Source: an uncultured bacterium (GTDB lineage: Bacteria; AUK180). Taken from it: DNA of 25,045 nucleotides. The position numbers and the translations under genes are program-made. Below are positions 19,507-25,045 of this stretch, piece after piece; the first letter of the stretch is position 1, and the number at the start of each line of letters is the position of its first letter. The notes beneath the pieces are model-generated. The model searched no databases, had not been told where the DNA came from, and saw nothing but the letters and a program-made list of their open reading frames with translations. The DNA lies in the NCBI GenBank assembly GCA_937863565.1, contig CALMGJ010000037.1, positions 62,001 through 87,045 of the forward strand. Direction: 5' to 3'.

Positions 19507-19527
19507 GGGTATTTTCCGCTTGCCGGT

Positions 19528-20205
19528 TCAGTCATTCTTTCTGTCATATTTATAATATACGCCGTTCCTTATCATATCGAACAGTGTATCCAAGTCCTTT
19601 ATGAACACCGGCTTCAATGTTATCAGATCGTCCATCTTCTTCTTGCTGTCCACCCCGCCAAAATATTTTAATTTGTACCCTGCAATCAGAGTCGTGACGA
19701 GTTCCAGTACTTCTTCCTTGGGTATGCGCAGGTCCTTTTCGCTCGCATCTTCGAAGATCTTCGCGATGAGGGACCTTGAAATACCTGAGAATTTCCGGTA
19801 GATGTCCCCGAACAGTTTTCCTCTTTTTCCAAGATCCGCGTTTGCAAATATCGTATACAATTCAGGATGGTCGAAGTAGAAATCAAAACTGATGCGCACC
19901 ATCGCTTTGAACCGGTCGATGATATCGGGAGGCATATACCCTGTGCGTTCACCGATATAGTCGCCGTATAGGTTCACGGTATGCTCCAGCACGGCATAGA
20001 GCATAGCTTCTTTGGTGCCGTAATAATAAAAAAGAAGGCCTTTGGATATCTTGAGCTTTTTCGCCACTCTGTTGGTTGAAGCTTTATCGAACCCGTTAAG
20101 CGAGAATTCCTCGATCAGCCCTTCGAATATCTTTTTTTTCAGCAAATCCGTTCTGATCTTCTTTTGTCCGGTCGCCGGCTGATTCTTCCTGCCATTTCCG
20201 GTCAT
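19528..20205 (-). CDS. TetR/AcrR family transcriptional regulator
   Basis: HTH signature EEFSLNGFDKASTNRVAKKLKISKGLLFYYYGTKEAML. Confidence 0.9.
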   Translation of the reverse strand: MTGNGRKNQPATGQKKIRTDLLKKKIFEGLIEEFSLNGFDKASTNRVAKKLKISKGLLFYYYGTKEAMLYAVLEHTVNLYGDYIGERTGYMPPDIIDRFKAMVRISFDFYFDHPELYTIFANADLGKRGKLFGDIYRKFSGISRSLIAKIFEDASEKDLRIPKEEVLELVTTLIAGYKLKYFGGVDSKKKMDDLITLKPVFIKDLDTLFDMIRNGVYYKYDRKND

Positions 20206-20335
20206 TGCAGTGCTCCGGAAGGCTGCTCACAGCATCCTGCATACCGGCATAAAAGTGATCCGGCATTTCTCTTATAAAAGAATGCTCCGCCGCTCATTTA
20301 AAATGCCCTATTGTCATGCGGGTCTTTTTCATGTC

Positions 20336-21541
20336 CTATACTTTCTTAAGCGCTTCAGCCGACGATAATTTCTTTGCATAAAGCGCCGGGATCGACGCGG
20401 CAACTCCGGAGATAACGGCAGCGGCAATGACCGCGATAACAGTGAATGGAACATTCGGTTCATTCCTGAACGAATAACTCATGGGCATCTCAACGCTCTC
20501 CATCGCTTTTTCGAAACTCAGGGCATGCTTCGAAAGGAAGATATTCATGAGGTGTCCGGCAACACCCCCGATACCGCCTCCTAAAAGTCCCATGACCGCG
20601 CCTTCCACGGTGAAATTCCATAAAATAGCATTATCCGTCATCCCCAAAGCCTTTAATGTCCCGATTTCTTCAAGCCGCTCGAATATCGTCTGCATCATTG
20701 TATTGAAGATCACGAATGAAGCCAGCACTAAGATGATGAACTCGAAGATATAAAGTATCTTCATCGAAGCCAGTATCACGCTCCAGTAGCCTCCCACCTG
20801 TTCGGAAAAATTCTTGATCAGCAATCCTTCTTTATTAAGAGTTCTTATCTCGGATTCCATCCGTTCCGCCGCTTTGGGGTTCCTGGCATATACAAGTATC
20901 TCGGGGAAATCCTCCCCGAGTTTCAGAAGCCTCGACGCGCTTGCCAGATCAAGAAAAAACACTTCATTATCGAACATCGTGATCCCGTATTTGAAAATGC
21001 CCGAAACACCGACTTTTATTCCGTTCAATCCGCCCTCGGCAGTATTCGTTGCGATAAGGATCTCATCTCCGGTTTTGCAGCCTATCCTTGCGGCCAGCCC
21101 AGATCCGATGACCATCCCGTTTACGGGGATGCCCCCTTGCGTGATCTTAGCTTTGATGTCCAGGCTCGTGTTCTTGAAATCGAGCCCTATCCCCATAGCC
21201 GGGACAGTGTTCTCGCCTTGCCCCATAAGAAGTCCGAAGCGAACCCTTTTTTCCACCAGAATGATGCCGGGAATGCTCTGTAGCCGATCGATGAGAAGGG
21301 GAGTGTCCGAAATAAGCTGATCAACCGGAAGAAAGCGCTCCCGTTTGCCGTAATCCGGCGTCGTAAACCTGAAATTTCCGGTCTGGAACTTGATGTAATT
21401 ATCTGTAAGATCGATCAGCATCCCATCCATGAGACCTTGAGTGAAAAGGACGATCACTACTCCCGTGAATATGGCGAACATGGCGCCGATCGACCGGCGC
21501 CTGTTTCTCATAACATTTCTTATTGCGTACTTAAATATCAT
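20336..21541 (-). CDS. ABC transporter permease, LolE/FtsX/MacB family (type B, copy 2)
   Basis: AIRNVMRNRRRS, one TM, a large periplasmic domain, three TMs, NTMMQTIFERLEEIGTLKALGM. Confidence 0.93.
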   Translation of the reverse strand: MIFKYAIRNVMRNRRRSIGAMFAIFTGVVIVLFTQGLMDGMLIDLTDNYIKFQTGNFRFTTPDYGKRERFLPVDQLISDTPLLIDRLQSIPGIILVEKRVRFGLLMGQGENTVPAMGIGLDFKNTSLDIKAKITQGGIPVNGMVIGSGLAARIGCKTGDEILIATNTAEGGLNGIKVGVSGIFKYGITMFDNEVFFLDLASASRLLKLGEDFPEILVYARNPKAAERMESEIRTLNKEGLLIKNFSEQVGGYWSVILASMKILYIFEFIILVLASFVIFNTMMQTIFERLEEIGTLKALGMTDNAILWNFTVEGAVMGLLGGGIGGVAGHLMNIFLSKHALSFEKAMESVEMPMSYSFRNEPNVPFTVIAVIAAAVISGVAASIPALYAKKLSSAEALKKV

Positions 21542-21568
21542 TGCGGCCTCTTCTTTTGGGACAGTTCC

Positions 21569-22786
21569 TCATTGTTTCGTCCTCAGGCATTCTGCAGGGC
21601 TCATTTTCGTGGTCTGTCTGGCAGCGAAAATACTGGCGCCCATGCTAGTGATAAGGCTCATCAGAACGGAAGTATAAAAAGGAACGATACTCCATCGTGC
21701 AGGTATCTTTCCGAGTACTTTATATCCCAGATTACTCTGGTCACCGCCCATGATCTTTGAATAATCAAGCGGATGCCGAGTGAAATACCAAATGAACAGT
21801 GTTCCGAAAACGATCCCCGTAAGGCATCCGGCAAGGCCAAGCCAGAAACCCTCAAGAACGAAAACGCCCTGCATTTGAAGATCTGTCATGCCGAGGGCTT
21901 TTAATGTTCCTATCTCCCGCTTCTTCTCGTAAACGGACATCAGCATGGTATTGGCGAAACCAACGAATGCGAGGAACAGGAAAAGGTAAATGAAAAGAAG
22001 GCCGTATTTCCAGTCCGTCTCGGCAAAAGTAATGAAAGATTCACCGAGTTGCTTCCAGTCGAGAACATCATGATCGGGGAAGGCCTCGGAAATAGTCTTG
22101 CAGTATGTTTTAAGCGCTGCGAGAGAACGCGTCTTGACCGCGATCTGAGATACCCCTTTCATATCGATGAACTTCTCTGCATCCGATAGCGAAATAAAGA
22201 TGGCCGTATTGTTTACACCGGGATCTGCGCTGTCAACGATCCCCGTCACTTCCAGTTCGATGGAATCAAGCATACCGCCCGTTGTTCTTGTAGTGAAATA
22301 CACATAATCGCCGATGCCCATGTCAAGGTCTGAAGCGAGGCTCTTTCCGAGCAGCGCGCCGCCCTCAGTAAGGGCACCTTCTGAAATGAAATCATAAAGA
22401 TTGAACACGTCTTTGTCCTTCTCCGGTTCTATTCCCCAAGCGACAACGGGAACCGAATCTCTTCCGTTATCAATTTCCCCGATGAGCCTTGTACGCATGC
22501 AAATGCCGGTCACAAAATCGAATTTCAAGAGTTTTGCGGCGATCTCATTTTGATCGGTCAGGAAATTTTTTTCCGAGAACGGTTTCTTTTCATCATACTC
22601 CTTTGTCCTGATCTGAATATGGCCTGTCTCGAAATTGATAAGATTGTCGAAAGACTGTTCGCGAATCCCTCTTGTGATACCGTCCATCCATAGATACACG
22701 GTAATGCTGAAAGCGATGAGAATAAGAGTTAGAAGCGATCTTCTCCCGTATCTGGTAAGGTTCTTAAATGCCAGGCTCAATAACAT
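21569..22786 (-). CDS. ABC transporter permease, LolE/FtsX/MacB family (type A, copy 2)
   Basis: LAFKNLTRYGRRSLLT, ETGHIQI, NTMLMSVYEKKREIGTLKALGM, C-terminal PAECLRT. Confidence 0.93.
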   Translation of the reverse strand: MLLSLAFKNLTRYGRRSLLTLILIAFSITVYLWMDGITRGIREQSFDNLINFETGHIQIRTKEYDEKKPFSEKNFLTDQNEIAAKLLKFDFVTGICMRTRLIGEIDNGRDSVPVVAWGIEPEKDKDVFNLYDFISEGALTEGGALLGKSLASDLDMGIGDYVYFTTRTTGGMLDSIELEVTGIVDSADPGVNNTAIFISLSDAEKFIDMKGVSQIAVKTRSLAALKTYCKTISEAFPDHDVLDWKQLGESFITFAETDWKYGLLFIYLFLFLAFVGFANTMLMSVYEKKREIGTLKALGMTDLQMQGVFVLEGFWLGLAGCLTGIVFGTLFIWYFTRHPLDYSKIMGGDQSNLGYKVLGKIPARWSIVPFYTSVLMSLITSMGASIFAARQTTKMSPAECLRTKQ

Positions 22787-23084
22787 TTGGGTCTGCCCCT
22801 TATGCTCGCTTTCACTTGTGCTGTTTCGCCTCTTCTATAGTGAAGTGTTTCATCGCTTTGCTTCATTATCGAGTTTGTAAGATGAATGCTTCAGAGTTAA
22901 CGGGTTTAAAAAAAGATCATTCATTATTTCTCAACCCGCCGGCAAGCCCCTTGCCAACCCCTTAGCACGTAATAAATGAACTGTTCGATCTGTTTTCTTT
23001 TATTCATCTATCACTTTTTGCTTTCACTGTTCACTGCGGCCTTGCAGTTCATTCCGTACTTCCTACTCCATACAGGGCTTCCGC

Positions 23085-24287
23085 TTAAATTTTCCTCAAC
23101 GCTTCCGCAGCGGAAAGGTTCTTTGCATATCTTGCCGGGAAATAGGCTGCAACGGCCGGCACGAGAATGGAAAGGATTACTGTGACCGGCAGAAGCTCAA
23201 AACCTGCATAGGGTCTGATAATGTAGTTCACCGGAAAATCCATGCCCTGCATAACGGTTTCCACATTTATCCCCACCTTTCTCACCCATAAGGTGAAAAG
23301 GTAGCCCAGAACAGCTCCGGGGATCCCTCCGAGCGCTCCGATGAAGCCGCCTTCAAAGATGAAATTCTGGGAGAGCTCCTTATCCGTCATTCCGACCGCT
23401 TTCAATGTTCCGATCTCCTTCATCCGTTCGAATATCGCCTGCATCATCGTATTTACTACTACGAAAGAGGCAAGAGCCAGGATCAATATCTCGAAGAAGA
23501 AAAGGAATATCCGGTACATGCTCAGAACATCCCAGAGTGTTCCGACCTGCTCTCTTGCCGTCCTCGAAGTAAGCCGATCGTTCAGAAGGGGAGCGATCCG
23601 TTCCTTGACCGCATCCATTTCTTTAATCTTGGAATAGATATAGATCTCGGTCGATGCCCCCTCTATCTTGAGAAGTTTCTTCGCATCATCGATCGAAATG
23701 AAAAATGATCTCTCGTCCATGTCCGCGATCTGCATCTGAACGAAACCGTTAACGCGGAACTTCATCCCGTTGAGGCCTCCCTCGGAAGTATTCGTGGCAA
23801 GAAGAAGTTCATCTCCGATCTTTGTGCCGAGCTTCTTGGCGAGTTTAACGCCTATGTAAAGGCCTTCCCGCTCCAGTTCGCCTTCGACGAGATTGCTTTT
23901 GATATCAAGCACGGTATTGAAAAGGTCTATTCCCATGCCGAACGCGGCCACCGTTTTTGTCTCCCTTCCCAGAAGTATCCCGAAACGTGCTCTCTCTTCA
24001 ACGGAGGTCACACCCTCGACGGCCCGCAACTTCTCCATTAACTCTCCGGAATCATATACAAGTTCGTCGACGGGAAGGAATTTCTCCCTTTCCGCGAAAT
24101 TAGAAGTCGTGACCTTAACGCATCCCGTGAGGATCTTTGTGAAATTGTCGCTCATCATGATCAGCATTCCGTTCATATATCCCATCGAGAAAACACAGAT
24201 GAAAGCGGCAAAGAAAATTGCAAGTCCGGTTAGTATCGAACGACGGCTGTTCCTAAAGACATTCTTTATAGCCATCTTAAATATCAT
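23085..24287 (-). CDS. ABC transporter permease, LolE/FtsX/MacB family (type B, copy 1)
   Basis: MAIKNVFRNSRRSILT, NTMMQAIFERMKEIGTLKAVGM, AAEALRKI; RBS AGGAG. Confidence 0.93.
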   Translation of the reverse strand: MIFKMAIKNVFRNSRRSILTGLAIFFAAFICVFSMGYMNGMLIMMSDNFTKILTGCVKVTTSNFAEREKFLPVDELVYDSGELMEKLRAVEGVTSVEERARFGILLGRETKTVAAFGMGIDLFNTVLDIKSNLVEGELEREGLYIGVKLAKKLGTKIGDELLLATNTSEGGLNGMKFRVNGFVQMQIADMDERSFFISIDDAKKLLKIEGASTEIYIYSKIKEMDAVKERIAPLLNDRLTSRTAREQVGTLWDVLSMYRIFLFFFEILILALASFVVVNTMMQAIFERMKEIGTLKAVGMTDKELSQNFIFEGGFIGALGGIPGAVLGYLFTLWVRKVGINVETVMQGMDFPVNYIIRPYAGFELLPVTVILSILVPAVAAYFPARYAKNLSAAEALRKI

Positions 24288-24323
24288 ATATAGACTCCTA
24301 TAGGCGCAAAGCGCTATTATTAG

Positions 24324-24354
24324 GTGTGAAGTGTGAAGTGTGGAGTGTGGAGTG
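24324..24354. repeat. Heptamer tandem array (TGRAGTG)x4, left arm
   Basis: GTG TGAAGTG TGAAGTG TGGAGTG TGGAGTG read directly at 24324-24354. Confidence 0.9.
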
Positions 24355-24367
24355 GGAGGTAATGATT

Positions 24368-24727
24368 TTATTCATTTCTTTTACTCAATCCATGTTTTGT
24401 ACTGATCAAAAGACTCATTGCCTCTTCGCATAATCTATATGCATGATCTCTTTGCTCTAAACTTATAAAACCGAGATCATGACAAAGAAGATAATAGTAT
24501 TTCAATTCTGCGCATGATGCAATAGATATTTTCAAGAAATATTCATACTCCTTTTTATTAAATCTTGAATCGCCCTCTATAAGATTAGCGGGGATTGATA
24601 CTGCTGCTCTTTTCATTTGAGAGATCAATCCGAACTGCTCACAATCGGGAAGATGTTCAGCCTTTTTATATGTGAACAAAACAAGTTCATGGGCTTTTTT
24701 AAATACGGCCATATCTTCTATTTTCAT
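24368..24727 (-). CDS. Four helix bundle protein (23S rRNA intervening-sequence protein / Avd-like family)
   Basis: 119 aa; EDMAVFKKAHEL, LPDCEQFGLISQMKRAAVSIPANLIEG, FLKISIASCAEL, DLGFI match the family pattern. About 33% GC by hand count. Confidence 0.92.
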   Translation of the reverse strand: MKIEDMAVFKKAHELVLFTYKKAEHLPDCEQFGLISQMKRAAVSIPANLIEGDSRFNKKEYEYFLKISIASCAELKYYYLLCHDLGFISLEQRDHAYRLCEEAMSLLISTKHGLSKRNE

Positions 24728-24744
24728 ATGCTTATCCTACATTG

Positions 24745-24786
24745 CACTCCACACTTCATACCCCACACGCCACACTTCACACTTCT
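24745..24786. repeat. Heptamer tandem array (CACYYCA-like)x6, right arm, inverted relative to the left arm
   Basis: CACTCCA CACTTCA TACCCCA CACGCCA CACTTCA CACTTCT, abutting the stop codon of the upstream permease. Confidence 0.9.
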
Positions 24787-25045
24787 CTACTGGTTCGTGC
24801 GGAGACATTCTGCAGGATGGAGTTCAGTGGTCTTCTTGGCGGGAATGAAACTTGCCGTGACGCTCGTGATGATGCAGACGAACATTGCTACAATAATTCC
24901 CGGCACGTCCCATTCGGCCTTGACCCAGCCCATGACCTTGTAACCGATGTCCATATCCTTATTGCCCATGAAAGCTGAGATATCGAATCCCTTTGTGAGA
25001 AAATACCAAAGGAACAGAGCTCCCAGGATAAGCCCGAATACGGCC
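24787..25045 (-). CDS. ABC transporter permease, LolE/FtsX family (type A, copy 1), C-terminal fragment; starts beyond right edge
   Basis: The frame is open to the window edge: AVFGLILGALFLWYFLTKGFDISAFMGNKDMDIGYKVMG...HPAECLRTNQ. It is clearly paralogous to the C-terminus of 21569..22786. Confidence 0.9.
   Translation of the reverse strand, partial: AVFGLILGALFLWYFLTKGFDISAFMGNKDMDIGYKVMGWVKAEWDVPGIIVAMFVCIITSVTASFIPAKKTTELHPAECLRTNQ

Noticed and set aside
20231-20247. GG-N10-GC motif (CCGGTATGCAGGATGCT, minus strand) upstream of tetR
   Set aside because: The spacing is right but it deviates from consensus at both elements and I see no enhancer palindrome; plausible by chance.
22768-23185. 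Short plus-strand ORFs in the gap between permease pairs
   Set aside because: They are short, oppose the operon, overlap real genes and have no RBS or motifs.
24368-24727. Diversity-generating retroelement (Avd) or true 23S rRNA intervening sequence
   Set aside because: No reverse transcriptase, no template/variable repeat pair and no rRNA sequence; both flanks are permease genes.
24324-24786. Heptamer arrays as CRISPR repeats or IS terminal inverted repeats
   Set aside because: The units are 7 nt with no spacers, and there is no transposase or visible target-site duplication.
24787-24969. 60-aa ORF treated as a standalone small protein
   Set aside because: It is the C-terminus of a permease whose frame stays open to the window edge.

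Overview
Bacterial chromosomal window (roughly 45-50% GC by eye; no rRNA, tRNA, CRISPR array, transposase or integrase seen). From left to right: (1) a minus-strand alpha-2-macroglobulin gene that runs off the left edge and is missing from the ORF track, preceded by an EamA/DMT transporter; (2) a divergent plus-strand cluster: Cache/HAMP histidine kinase, sigma54-dependent NtrC-family regulator, a 2041-aa signal-peptide HEAT/TPR/CHAT protease, a small secreted protein with its own candidate sigma54 promoter, enhancer and terminator, a membrane-anchored hypothetical protein, a FecR-like/DUF928-like protein and a second TPR-CHAT protease; (3) a convergent minus-strand block with a TetR regulator and four LolE/FtsX-type ABC permeases forming two paralogous pairs. 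The two most notable signals are a candidate extracytoplasmic caspase-like (CHAT) proteolytic signalling system linked to a sigma54 two-component system, and a low-GC four-helix-bundle (23S rRNA IVP/Avd-like) gene enclosed by inverted arrays of 7-nt repeats. That element lies between two permease genes whose paralogous junction nearby is empty. All family calls come from motif recognition by eye; no database search was run.
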